Source: Candidatus Zhuqueibacterota bacterium (GTDB taxonomy: Bacteria > BS750m-G25). From it: a DNA stretch of 20,000 nt. The notes beneath the pieces are model-generated. The model was not told the origin of the DNA. It worked only from the letters and a program-made list of their open reading frames with translations, and did no database searches. Below are positions 7,980 to 16,945 of this stretch, in pieces. Each line of letters begins with the position of its first letter. The stretch's first letter is position 1. A program made the translations under genes and the position numbers. Where the stretch lies: positions 49,122 to 69,121 of the forward strand of contig JADHWK010000007.1 in the NCBI GenBank assembly GCA_016783505.1, written 5' to 3'.

Positions 7980-7986
7980 ATATAAC
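7980..7986 (+). other. Orphan attC R''-like box ATATAAC
   Basis: 6 nt after the mscS stop and the exact reverse complement of GTTATAT (7619-7625). No downstream arms recognisable. Confidence 0.45.
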
Positions 7987-8129
7987 TGTTAAGACGTCAG
8001 TCTTTTATAAAATCCTAAGGATTAAATCCAACGGATTAAACTGAAAAAATGAGAGGCATTCAGTCATTTTGAAAATACACCCACTACTAGTTTGTGCTAC
8101 AGTAGATGAAAACAATGGATTTATGTTAT

Positions 8130-8173
8130 TCGGTCAGGCGCCCGATTGATTTCGATATTCGAATTTCGGATTT
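8130..8173. repeat. Degenerate copy of the 930-950 palindrome plus short heptamer tandem repeat (right island boundary)
   Basis: TCGGTCAGGCGCCCGATTGAT vs TCAGTCAGGCGCCTGACTGAT: 18/21 identical, all differences transitions. Overlapping heptamers ATTTCGA-TATTCGA-ATTTCGG-ATTT at 8149-8173. Confidence 0.65.
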
Positions 8174-8233
8174 ACTTATGATTACCACAAAAACCCTGAA
8201 AGAGGGGAAATTTTAACCTAATGTCCTGAGCCA

Positions 8234-9985
8234 ATGAGCCGTTCAAGGATTCTTCACTTTGGGATCTGGCACTATCACCTGAAACCGGGGGGGGTGCGGA
8301 CCGTCATCGAGAACACCCTAAAGGCGCTGACCTACCTAAATGATTACCACGGGGTGTCCGTGGAAATTTTCAGCGGGGATGACAGGGGAGTAGAATTCGA
8401 TAAGGATAGGGTGGAAGAAGGATCGAGGTCGGGGCTCTCCATCACCGTCAGGACCATCCGTATTCCTGAATTGAGTTATTCTGACCGCCTCTACGAAAGC
8501 AGGGGACAACTTAAGGCCACCGCCAAGGGAATAAGGGATACTATGATAAGGAGTATGTCCCTGAATCACTGTGACCAGGATAATCCCTATATTTTAAACT
8601 CCCATAATCTGGCCCTGGGAAAGAACCCTGCCGCCTCCTGGGCGTTGAAATTATTGGCGGAATGGGCTTTAGTCCATAAAAAACCCCTTTGGGTCCTTAA
8701 TCAGGTCCATGATTTTGCCGAAAATAACCGCCCCGACCGCCTTCGGGTGCTGCAAAATTGTACGGGAACCAGGGATAATCGGTTTGCCGCCGGACTGATC
8801 TATCCCAACCTGCCCGGGGTGCTTTACGCCGTTCTTACCAGGGCTGACCGGGATAATCTAATCCAGGTGGGACTGGACCCCCAAAGGCTTTTCGTCCTTC
8901 CTAATTCAATAAATATTCTGCCTTTTGAAAGTGGGCTTTCCCAGACGGAACTGGAAGTTAAAGGGGAACTCCTCCGCCGAATAAGCCGTTATGCCAGAGA
9001 ACAGGACTTTGTCTTCGATCCAGAATCCCCCATTTTGCTCTCCCCCATGAAGATCATGCGCAGAAAAAACTCCCTGGAATCGGTGTTGATTTTAATCCTC
9101 CTGAACGCCCTGGGAGAAGGATATCAGTTGCTGTTGTCTCTGGGCGCTCAGTCACCCCATGACTTAAAATACGGAAATCACTTAAAGCAATTCATTAGGA
9201 AATATCGGTTGCCGATAACGGTTGGATTCGGGGACGAATTTATTCTGTCTGGCAAGCAGAGACTGGTGAGGAACGGCCGCATCCTTCAATTTTCCCTGTT
9301 TGACCTTTACGCAATTTCCACGGGTGTGATTACCACTTCGATTATGGAAGGATTCGGGCTGGGTTTTCTGGAGGGCTGGCTGTTGGGTCTTCCGGTGGTG
9401 GGCCGCAGGATCCCGGGGGTCATCGAGGAATTTGAGCGGGCCGGTTTGGATTTCGGTCATCTTTACGATAGGGTGGAGGTTAGGGTTGAATGGCTCGATG
9501 GGGGGCTTGCTGGGCTGATAGAGATATTTCGCCTGAAATTAAACAAGCAGCGGCGGCAGCAGGGCCTGGCCCCGTTAATCCCGGCTGAGATTGAGAGGAG
9601 ATTCCGGGCGAGAAAGATATTTATTTCAGCGGGGAGGAAATGCATTGACTTTACTGAATTGGATCCCCCCAAGCAGTTGGCACTTATGGCAAAGATTATG
9701 AAAAATAGGAGGCTTTTGGACGAATTGTTGTATCTGAACCAAAAGATTAAATCTATACCAGAGCTCGTGGGCGGCGGCTCAAGAAAGTTGATAAAAAGAA
9801 ATCGAGAGGCTATAGTTAAAAATTACTCAACCCGAGCAAAAGCGAATAGGTTAAAGCAGATTATTCGCCAGGGTAATAAATTGTACCGAGAACCTATGGA
9901 AGCCAGGCAGGCACAAAAGGAAATTTCCAACCGGGGGCTCATCGAAAAATACCTTTCTGTTGAGCAAATAAACCTTTTATATTAA
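8234..9985 (+). CDS. GT4-like glycosyltransferase, candidate mannosylglucosyl-3-phosphoglycerate synthase (MggA-like)
   Basis: HYHLKPGGVRTVI, HNLALGKN, HDFAE, RRKN and TTSIMEGFGLGFLEGW (E-x7-E GT-B motif); directly upstream of gpgS. Confidence 0.75.
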   Translation: MSRSRILHFGIWHYHLKPGGVRTVIENTLKALTYLNDYHGVSVEIFSGDDRGVEFDKDRVEEGSRSGLSITVRTIRIPELSYSDRLYESRGQLKATAKGIRDTMIRSMSLNHCDQDNPYILNSHNLALGKNPAASWALKLLAEWALVHKKPLWVLNQVHDFAENNRPDRLRVLQNCTGTRDNRFAAGLIYPNLPGVLYAVLTRADRDNLIQVGLDPQRLFVLPNSINILPFESGLSQTELEVKGELLRRISRYAREQDFVFDPESPILLSPMKIMRRKNSLESVLILILLNALGEGYQLLLSLGAQSPHDLKYGNHLKQFIRKYRLPITVGFGDEFILSGKQRLVRNGRILQFSLFDLYAISTGVITTSIMEGFGLGFLEGWLLGLPVVGRRIPGVIEEFERAGLDFGHLYDRVEVRVEWLDGGLAGLIEIFRLKLNKQRRQQGLAPLIPAEIERRFRARKIFISAGRKCIDFTELDPPKQLALMAKIMKNRRLLDELLYLNQKIKSIPELVGGGSRKLIKRNREAIVKNYSTRAKANRLKQIIRQGNKLYREPMEARQAQKEISNRGLIEKYLSVEQINLLY

Positions 9986-9999
9986 CAGGAGATACCTAA

Positions 10000-11223
10000 A
10001 TGGGTGATTTCTATCAACACGGGGTGGTGGCCACCCTGCATCGGTTGGGCAGGCAGAAGTTGGAGGAATTGGAGAAAAAGCTGATGAAACTTTCCGAGCG
10101 CCGTGCTATAGTCCTGATTCTTCCGATCATCCCAAGGGATCTTGAGGCTGAGCCGTTTATGAAGATCGTCGAGGAATTAAGAGGGGCTAATTATCTCCAT
10201 GAGATTGTGATTGCCCTGGGGAGGACGACCCAAAAGGAGCATTTTATTGAAGCCAAGAAGAAAGTTTCGGATTTGCCCCAGAAGGTCACTATTCTCTGGA
10301 CCAGCGGGTCGAGGCTGGATGATCTCTATCACCTCCTAAAGATTAACCACTTAGAAGTGGGACCCGATGGGAAGGGACGGTCTACCTGGGTGGCTTACGG
10401 CTACGTTCTGTCTAAAGATGAATGCGGTATAATCGTCCAACATGACTGCGACATCGTGAATTACAACAGGGAGCTTTTGGCCCGGCTTTGCTATCCGCTG
10501 GTTAACCAGGACCTGGATTTCAAGTTTTGCAAGGGTTATTATCCCCGGGTCACCGACCGCTTTTACGGAAGGGTTACCCGGCTATTTGTTACCCCTTTGA
10601 TCAGGTCATTGATGAAGATGGTTGGATACCATCCGTTTTTAGTTTACTTGGATAACTTCCGTTATCCCCTCTCCGGGGAGTTCTCAATGACCGTAGATCT
10701 GGCCCGCACCAACCGGGTGCCCGGGGACTGGGGGTTGGAAATCGGAACATTGGCGGAAATTTATCGCAACTGCCATCTGAAGCGGGTCTGTCAGGTTGAT
10801 CTCGCCGATACCTATGAGCATAAACATCAGCCCCTGTCTAATCATGACCCGAGCAAAGGATTGATGAAGATGAGCATTGACATAGGGAAGGTCTTTTTCC
10901 GAACCCTCAGTAGCGAGGGTGTGATATTTACCGATGAATTCTTTAAAAACCTGACCGCCGCTTTCCTGCGCACGGCTCAGGACACCCTGAAGCAATACGA
11001 GGCCGATGCCGCCATCAATGGGCTCTATTTCGACCGGCATCAGGAAGGGCAGGCGGTAGAAACCTTTACTAGAAGTATCCAGTTCGCCAGTGAGGAATTT
11101 TTAAAGGACCCGCTAGGGGTGCCCCAGATCCCCAACTGGAGCCGGGTAATATCGGCGATTCCTGAGATTTTATACCTTCTGGCAGATGCCGTAGAAGAGG
11201 ATAGTAGGAAAATCAGAGCGTGA
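10000..11223 (+). CDS. gpgS: Glucosyl-3-phosphoglycerate synthase (~400-aa type)
   Basis: MGDFYQHGVVATLH, GKGRSTW, HDCDI, FCKGYY, GRVTRLFVTPL, FRYPLSGEF, DWGLEIG and YEHKHQ; AGGAG RBS. Confidence 0.85.
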   Translation: MGDFYQHGVVATLHRLGRQKLEELEKKLMKLSERRAIVLILPIIPRDLEAEPFMKIVEELRGANYLHEIVIALGRTTQKEHFIEAKKKVSDLPQKVTILWTSGSRLDDLYHLLKINHLEVGPDGKGRSTWVAYGYVLSKDECGIIVQHDCDIVNYNRELLARLCYPLVNQDLDFKFCKGYYPRVTDRFYGRVTRLFVTPLIRSLMKMVGYHPFLVYLDNFRYPLSGEFSMTVDLARTNRVPGDWGLEIGTLAEIYRNCHLKRVCQVDLADTYEHKHQPLSNHDPSKGLMKMSIDIGKVFFRTLSSEGVIFTDEFFKNLTAAFLRTAQDTLKQYEADAAINGLYFDRHQEGQAVETFTRSIQFASEEFLKDPLGVPQIPNWSRVISAIPEILYLLADAVEEDSRKIRA

Positions 11224-11235
11224 GGAGGAAAAACG

Positions 11236-12477
11236 ATGGAACAATCTGCCCTTAAGAAAGCAGACTGGGAAGCGATTGAAAGGCTTGGTCGGGCTGACCT
11301 GCTGGTGGGTATCCCCAGCTTTAACAATGCCGCCACCATCGGGCATGTGGTGGTGGCGGCGGTCGGGGGACTTGCCCGCTATTTCCCCAATCGGAAGGGG
11401 ATCATTATCAACTCCGATGGGGGTTCTACAGATGGCACCCAGGGAGTCTTTCAGGGTGTTCCAATACAGATCGGACTTAAGTCTCATACCTTGACTTACC
11501 AGGGTATACCGGGGAAAGGAACCGCCTTCAAAGCTTTGTTCGAGATCGGGATGAGGCTGGGGGTAAAAGCCGTGGTGGTGGTGGATTCAGATTTAAGGAG
11601 TATTACCCCAGAATGGATCCAGAAGATGGGCTCCCCGGTGCTGGAGGGGGGATATGGGTTGGTGACACCCCTCTATTCCCGGCATAAATACGACGGAACC
11701 ATTACCAACGCCATCGCCTACCCCTTGACCCGGGCCTTATACGGCCTCCGGGTGCGCCAGCCCATCGGGGGGGATTTCGGTTTATCATCCGAATTGGTGG
11801 GACGACTGCTGGAGATGGATGTCTGGGATACCGATGTGGCCCGTTTCGGCATTGACATCTTCCTGACAACTACAGCCATCTACATGGGGATAAAAATAGG
11901 TCAGGCCCCTTTAGGGGCCAAAATTCACGACGTCAAGGACCCGGCGGCGACCCTGGGACCCATGTTCCGCCAGGTGGTGGGCACCCTGTTCGGGTTAATG
12001 AAGACTTATCAAGGGCGTTGGCCTGAAATCACCGGAAGCACACCAGTTGACCTACTGGGGTCGGTAGAAGAGGCCGAGCCAGAACCTGTAAAAGTGACCC
12101 TTCCGGCCCTGACAAAGAATTTCCGGGATGGCTTCGGGGATCATTTCCCCTTCTACCAGGAGTTTATTTCCCCCGAAATCCTGAAGGAATTGGAAAAACT
12201 GCGAGCCTCCCCCGAGGATCTCTTCCATTTCCCCGCTTCCCTCTGGGCCAAAATAGTCTATGAATTTGCGGTGGCCTACAATCAGGGTTGCCATCCACCG
12301 ACCCAGGTGGTGGACGCCCTGACCCCCTTATATTTTGGCCGCACTGCCTCTTTTGTAATGGAAACCCGGGAACTGTCCACCCAGGAAGCGGAGAGGGTAA
12401 TCGAAAATGTGGCGGAGCAATTTGAAAAGGAAAAGAAATATTTAATTAAAAGATGGTCGCAGAGGATTAAAAAATGA
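11236..12477 (+). CDS. Glucosylglycerate synthase-like GT2 glycosyltransferase (Ggs-like)
   Basis: VGIPSFNNAATI, DGGSTDGT, YQGIPGKG, VDSDLRSITPEW, YSRHKYDGTITN, RQPIGGDFG and VARFGIDI; GGAGG RBS; located between gpgS and glycerate kinase. Confidence 0.75.
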   Translation: MEQSALKKADWEAIERLGRADLLVGIPSFNNAATIGHVVVAAVGGLARYFPNRKGIIINSDGGSTDGTQGVFQGVPIQIGLKSHTLTYQGIPGKGTAFKALFEIGMRLGVKAVVVVDSDLRSITPEWIQKMGSPVLEGGYGLVTPLYSRHKYDGTITNAIAYPLTRALYGLRVRQPIGGDFGLSSELVGRLLEMDVWDTDVARFGIDIFLTTTAIYMGIKIGQAPLGAKIHDVKDPAATLGPMFRQVVGTLFGLMKTYQGRWPEITGSTPVDLLGSVEEAEPEPVKVTLPALTKNFRDGFGDHFPFYQEFISPEILKELEKLRASPEDLFHFPASLWAKIVYEFAVAYNQGCHPPTQVVDALTPLYFGRTASFVMETRELSTQEAERVIENVAEQFEKEKKYLIKRWSQRIKK

Positions 12478-13613
12478 AGATTGTGGTGGCTCCCAATGCC
12501 TTTAAAGAGAGCCTGACCGCCCTTGAAGCGGCCAATTTTATCGAAGAGGGGATTAAAAGGGTTTTTCCTGAATGTGAGGTGGTAAAAGTCCCCATGGCCG
12601 ACGGGGGGGATGGGACGGCCGCGGCTTTAGTAGGGGCTACGGGGGGACGGATTCTCGCAGAAGAGGTAAATGGTCCCCTTGGGGAGAAGGTGAAGGCAGA
12701 TTATGGTCTACTGGGGGATGGGGAAACGGCGGTGGTGGAGATGGCGGCGGCCTCGGGACTGAGGCTAATTCCTTCCAAAAAAAGAAACCCTTTGATAACT
12801 ACCACCTACGGGACCGGTGAACTTATTAAAGCATGCCTGGGTCAGGGGGCCAAAAAGGTAATTGTGGGCATCGGGGGGAGCGCCACCGTGGACGGGGGAG
12901 CCGGGATGGCCCAGGCCTTAGGAGCCAGACTGTTGGACCGAGACGGAAAGCAAATTCCCTTCGGGGGCGGCGGGTTGGGTCAATTGGATCACATTGATGT
13001 AAGCGGAATGGACGAACGAATAAATCAGATTGAGTGCCTCGTTGCCAGCGATGTAGATAATCCCCTTACTGGCCCTTCGGGGGCAGCGGCGGTCTACGGA
13101 CCCCAGAAGGGGGCTACACAGGAGGAAGTGGTTCAATTGGATAGGAATTTATCCCATTACGCTGATGTAATCAGACGGGATTTGGGAATTAATGTCAAGG
13201 ATGTCCCCGGGGCTGGGGCCGCCGGGGGGCTGGGGGCGGGTCTCTTAGCCTTTTTTGGGGCCCAGCTTAAGTCAGGCATCGAGATCGTCATCCAAGCCTC
13301 GGGTCTTAAAGAAAAGCTTCAGGGGGCGGACCTTATCATCACGGGCGAGGGAAAAATTGACTCCCAGACCGCCCACGGGAAGGCGGTGGCCGGGGTGGCC
13401 AAGCTGGCGAAAAGAGAAAGGGTCCCCGTCGTTGCGGTGGGGGGGAGCCTCACGGAAGATGCCAGGGCCGTTCACCCCATCGGGGTGGATGCCCTCTTCA
13501 GCACGATTCCCCGTCCTGTTTCTCTTGATCGAGCCATGGAAAGAGCAGGCCCATTCTTAGCCGATGCCGTAGAAGAAATTATGCGATTATGGGTGTGTTG
13601 CCGAAAATCATAG
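12474..13613 (+). CDS. glxK: Glycerate kinase (GlxK/GarK family)
   Basis: MKIVVAPNAFKESL, PMADGGDGT, EMAAASGL, GIGGSATVDGG, YGPQKGA, GAGAAGGLG and TGEGKID; ATGA overlap with the upstream gene. Confidence 0.93.
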   Translation: MKIVVAPNAFKESLTALEAANFIEEGIKRVFPECEVVKVPMADGGDGTAAALVGATGGRILAEEVNGPLGEKVKADYGLLGDGETAVVEMAAASGLRLIPSKKRNPLITTTYGTGELIKACLGQGAKKVIVGIGGSATVDGGAGMAQALGARLLDRDGKQIPFGGGGLGQLDHIDVSGMDERINQIECLVASDVDNPLTGPSGAAAVYGPQKGATQEEVVQLDRNLSHYADVIRRDLGINVKDVPGAGAAGGLGAGLLAFFGAQLKSGIEIVIQASGLKEKLQGADLIITGEGKIDSQTAHGKAVAGVAKLAKRERVPVVAVGGSLTEDARAVHPIGVDALFSTIPRPVSLDRAMERAGPFLADAVEEIMRLWVCCRKS

Positions 13614-13750
13614 GAGAAAAGGTCACCACCGGAGAAAGGAAGACGGCGGAGTAAGCCCTTCATGGCTGTGAAACCAGGATTCATCAGGTCACGGGCCTGA
13701 AGGCATTATTCCCGAGGGGTTACAAAATTTTAAATGGGGAGCAATTAGAA

Positions 13751-15259
13751 ATGAAAGGGAAACTGCATCTAGCGATCGGCCATTATTCCATAGGTTATCG
13801 GGACGGAGTTAACACCGTATTGGTCCGCACGGTGCGGGGCCTGAAGGATATTGACCCCTCCCTAAAGATCACCGTGTTCGGAAAGCCCAGCCCGTTGATC
13901 GAGTCCTTCCTTCCCTGGGATAGGGGGAAGCTGGATTATGTGGGGATGGAGGAGTTGGATACCCATCACACCATGCCGGGACTGGGAGGGATGGGGATCG
14001 AGGAACAGGACGCCCATGATTATGTCTGGCTGGGCACCAAGATCGCCAAGAAGTTCGGGAAATTGTTTGCGGATGTGGATGTAGTAATAATGGAAAACCT
14101 GTCCATCGGGGTGCACCCGGCGGTCACCTACGCCTTCTTCCTGACGGCCATGGACAATTATAACCGCTCCACCACCCGGAGGTTCATCTCCCGGGTTCAC
14201 GATTTCGCCCAGCAGCGGCCCCGGAATTTCCAGAACATGAAGAAGTTTCATGATTATCGTTTCGGTTATGTCCCCGACTGGCATGAAGTTCTCTATCCTA
14301 ATATGCCCAACGTGGACTACATCTCCATCAACACAGCTGATATGGATCGCCTGCTGGATCACGGGATCGACCGAGACCGTATCTCTTATATTCCCAACTG
14401 CATTGACGATTCCCTGCTGGTGCCCGATGATAAAGGTCAAGAACTGCGGCGGTTACTCCAGAACAAAGAAGGCATTGAAGAGGATACCTGTCTCATCTTC
14501 TATCCGGTGCGGTGCATTCCCCGCAAGAACGTGGAGGAGGCCATTTTTATCACCATGCTGCTGAACAATTTGACAAAGATGGATTTTTATAAGTCGAAAT
14601 ATAATCTGATGCCTAAATATCACCTCCTGGTCAGTCTGGAAGCAACCACCGGTGATGAGAAGAAGTATACCGATACCCTGAAGGATTTCGTTAAAAAGCA
14701 TCGCCTTCCGGTTACCATTGGTCTTGGGGATTGGGTGGCCCTGAAGAGGGAATATGATATTGTCGACGGGGAGAGACGCCTGACAAAGTTCGGGGTGGCC
14801 GACGCCTACGCCATGGCTGATGTGGTCATCACCACCAGCTATCTGGAGGGTTTTGGTTTTGTTTTTATCGAGCCCTGGGTATTGGACAGATGTGTTATTG
14901 GTAGAAATATTCCCCAGGTCACCCCTGACTTCCAGCGGGCCGGAATGCATTTAGATCACTTCTACACCGTTCTCAGGGTGGACGGAAGAGATTTTAAAGA
15001 GTTGGGGATGGACCAGGGACCCAATAAGGCTCTACAGGTTCGCTTGGCTGAGATTTTAAAGCTGGGTAGTCAAGATTATGTCGAAAAAATCATGGCCCAA
15101 AATGTGGTCCCATTGAAAGGAACCCTGAGGATCATGCATACCAATAAAGGCGTTTCGGTGCGGAAGACCAATAAAAAGGTAGTCATGGATAACTATTCCC
15201 AAAGTAGGATTTCTGAACAGGTGTATCGGGTCATCCGGGGATGGGAGGGGGAAAAATGA
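13751..15259 (+). CDS. Second GT4-like glycosyltransferase, paralog of 8234-9985
   Basis: HYSIGYRDGVNTV, HDFAQQRP, YPN, PVRCIPRKN and TTSYLEGFGFVFIEPW; same motif order as 8234-9985. Confidence 0.8.
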   Translation: MKGKLHLAIGHYSIGYRDGVNTVLVRTVRGLKDIDPSLKITVFGKPSPLIESFLPWDRGKLDYVGMEELDTHHTMPGLGGMGIEEQDAHDYVWLGTKIAKKFGKLFADVDVVIMENLSIGVHPAVTYAFFLTAMDNYNRSTTRRFISRVHDFAQQRPRNFQNMKKFHDYRFGYVPDWHEVLYPNMPNVDYISINTADMDRLLDHGIDRDRISYIPNCIDDSLLVPDDKGQELRRLLQNKEGIEEDTCLIFYPVRCIPRKNVEEAIFITMLLNNLTKMDFYKSKYNLMPKYHLLVSLEATTGDEKKYTDTLKDFVKKHRLPVTIGLGDWVALKREYDIVDGERRLTKFGVADAYAMADVVITTSYLEGFGFVFIEPWVLDRCVIGRNIPQVTPDFQRAGMHLDHFYTVLRVDGRDFKELGMDQGPNKALQVRLAEILKLGSQDYVEKIMAQNVVPLKGTLRIMHTNKGVSVRKTNKKVVMDNYSQSRISEQVYRVIRGWEGEK

Positions 15260-15340
15260 TAGGATAGCGGTGAAGGATAGATGACTGGATGAACGGAATG
15301 ATGGATTAGTGTAGTAATGGATTAAACCGGAGTAGGAAAT

Positions 15341-15970
15341 TTGACTGACATTTCCTCCTTCAAGGTAATAGGGCTGGATCTGGCTGGAGTGGAGACTCGA
15401 CCCACGGGTTTTTGTCTGCTCGAAGACCATCAAGTGAAAACATCCCTGTTGGGGACTGACAGGGAGATCTTGGACACTATTGATGAAGGGGCTGGGGTCA
15501 TCTCCATTGATGCTCCCCTTTCGTTGCCGGCCGGGCGCTGCTGTCTGCGGGATACCTGTTCCTGTGCCGGGGAAAATCATTTTCGCCAGTGCGATCTGGA
15601 ACTTCGTAGGATGAGGATTAAATTTTTCCCCATTACCTTGGGTCCCATGCGAAAGTTGACCGAGCGGGGACTCCGATTAAAACAGGGGTTGAATGAGCGG
15701 GGCTTCGATGTCATTGAGACATTTCCCGGTGCCGCTCAGGACCTATGGGGTATTCCTAGGCAAAAGAATCCCGAAGGGTTGAGGGAGGGGTTGAGAAAAT
15801 TTGGACTGACCGGGGATATTGAGAATGAGGACCTCTCCTGCCATGAGTTGGACGCTATTACCTGTGCACTGGTTGGGGATGATTATCTGAAAAATAGATT
15901 CATCGGTATTGGAGATGAAGGGGAAGGGCTAATTATCCTGCCTTCTACCTTAAAAGTCAAGGGAAAGTAA
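15341..15970 (+). CDS. DUF429 family protein (predicted RNase H-fold nuclease)
   Basis: GLDLAG, IDAPLSLP, RQCD, IETFPG and HELDAITCA; TTG start. Confidence 0.75.
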   Translation: MTDISSFKVIGLDLAGVETRPTGFCLLEDHQVKTSLLGTDREILDTIDEGAGVISIDAPLSLPAGRCCLRDTCSCAGENHFRQCDLELRRMRIKFFPITLGPMRKLTERGLRLKQGLNERGFDVIETFPGAAQDLWGIPRQKNPEGLREGLRKFGLTGDIENEDLSCHELDAITCALVGDDYLKNRFIGIGDEGEGLIILPSTLKVKGK

Positions 15971-15994
15971 GGGTTATTCTTTTGGTGACATAAA

Positions 15995-16933
15995 ATGGAA
16001 GACGAGAATTATTATAAGGTAATCATCATCGGTTCCGGCCCGGCTGGTATCACCGCCGCTATCTACACCGCCCGGGCGGATCTGGCCCCCCTGGTCTTTG
16101 AGGGCAGTCAGCCCGGGGGACAGTTAACAATTACCACAGATGTGGATAATTTCCCCGGTTTCCCAGAGGGCATTCTGGGGCCAAAACTGATGGAGGAGAT
16201 GAAGAAACAGGCCCAGCGGTTCGGGGCCCAGTTTTTATTTCAATCCGTTAGTTCAGTGGATTTATCCAAAAGGCCCTTTTCGGTTTTATCCGATGACCAT
16301 ACCTATTGGGCCCAGGCGTTGATAATCGCTTCCGGGGCCTCGGCCCGGATGCTGGGTCTGGAGGCGGAAAAGCGGCTGATGGGCCACGGTATCTCGGCCT
16401 GTGCCACCTGCGACGGGTTCTTTTTCCGGGACAAAGGGGTAATCATAGTGGGGGGCGGGGATGCGGCTTTGGAGGAGGCGATTTTCCTGACCAAATTTGC
16501 CCGTAAGGTGACTGTGATTCATCGCCGGGATCAACTCCGGGCCTCCAAGATTATGCAAGCGAAAGTAGTTCAAAACGACAAAATTAATTTTCTCTGGGAT
16601 TCGGTATTGGTGGATATATTGGGAAAGCCCGACCAGAAGGGGGTGGTGGGTGTTAAAGTCAGGAATGTGAAAACCGGGAAGATTTTCAAGAAGCTCATTG
16701 ACGGCGTCTTCTATGCCATCGGGCATGAACCCAATACAAAATTGTTTGAAGGACAATTAGAGTTGGATCAAAAAGGATATATTGTCACCCATGATGGGAC
16801 GGCCACCTCAATCCCAGGCGTATTTGCCTGTGGGGATGTCCAGGACTTCCGGTATCGGCAGGCCATCACCGCCGCCGGGTCGGGCTGTATGGCCGCCCTG
16901 GATACGGAAAGGTTTTTAGAAGCAGAAAAATAA
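15995..16933 (+). CDS. trxB: Thioredoxin-disulfide reductase
   Basis: GSGPAG, GGQLTITTDVDNFPGF, SACATCDG, GGGDAALEEA, HRRD and GDVQD..YRQAITAAGSG. Confidence 0.97.
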   Translation: MEDENYYKVIIIGSGPAGITAAIYTARADLAPLVFEGSQPGGQLTITTDVDNFPGFPEGILGPKLMEEMKKQAQRFGAQFLFQSVSSVDLSKRPFSVLSDDHTYWAQALIIASGASARMLGLEAEKRLMGHGISACATCDGFFFRDKGVIIVGGGDAALEEAIFLTKFARKVTVIHRRDQLRASKIMQAKVVQNDKINFLWDSVLVDILGKPDQKGVVGVKVRNVKTGKIFKKLIDGVFYAIGHEPNTKLFEGQLELDQKGYIVTHDGTATSIPGVFACGDVQDFRYRQAITAAGSGCMAALDTERFLEAEK

Positions 16934-16945
16934 GTGTTTTAGCCA

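Noticed and set aside
7987-8131. Complete third attC ending at GTTATTC (8125-8131)
   Set aside because: No complementary arms found and the span (~150 bp) is long; only the R'' box is retained as a weak feature.
15260-15335. GATGG/AATGG-rich spacer as a CRISPR array or ncRNA
   Set aside because: Short low-complexity purine-rich tract without regular repeat-spacer structure; no cas genes in the window.
13862-15580. - strand ORFs 13862-14440, 14453-14950 and 15056-15580, and similar short overlapping ORFs elsewhere
   Set aside because: Antisense or out-of-frame overlaps of well-supported genes, with no motifs.
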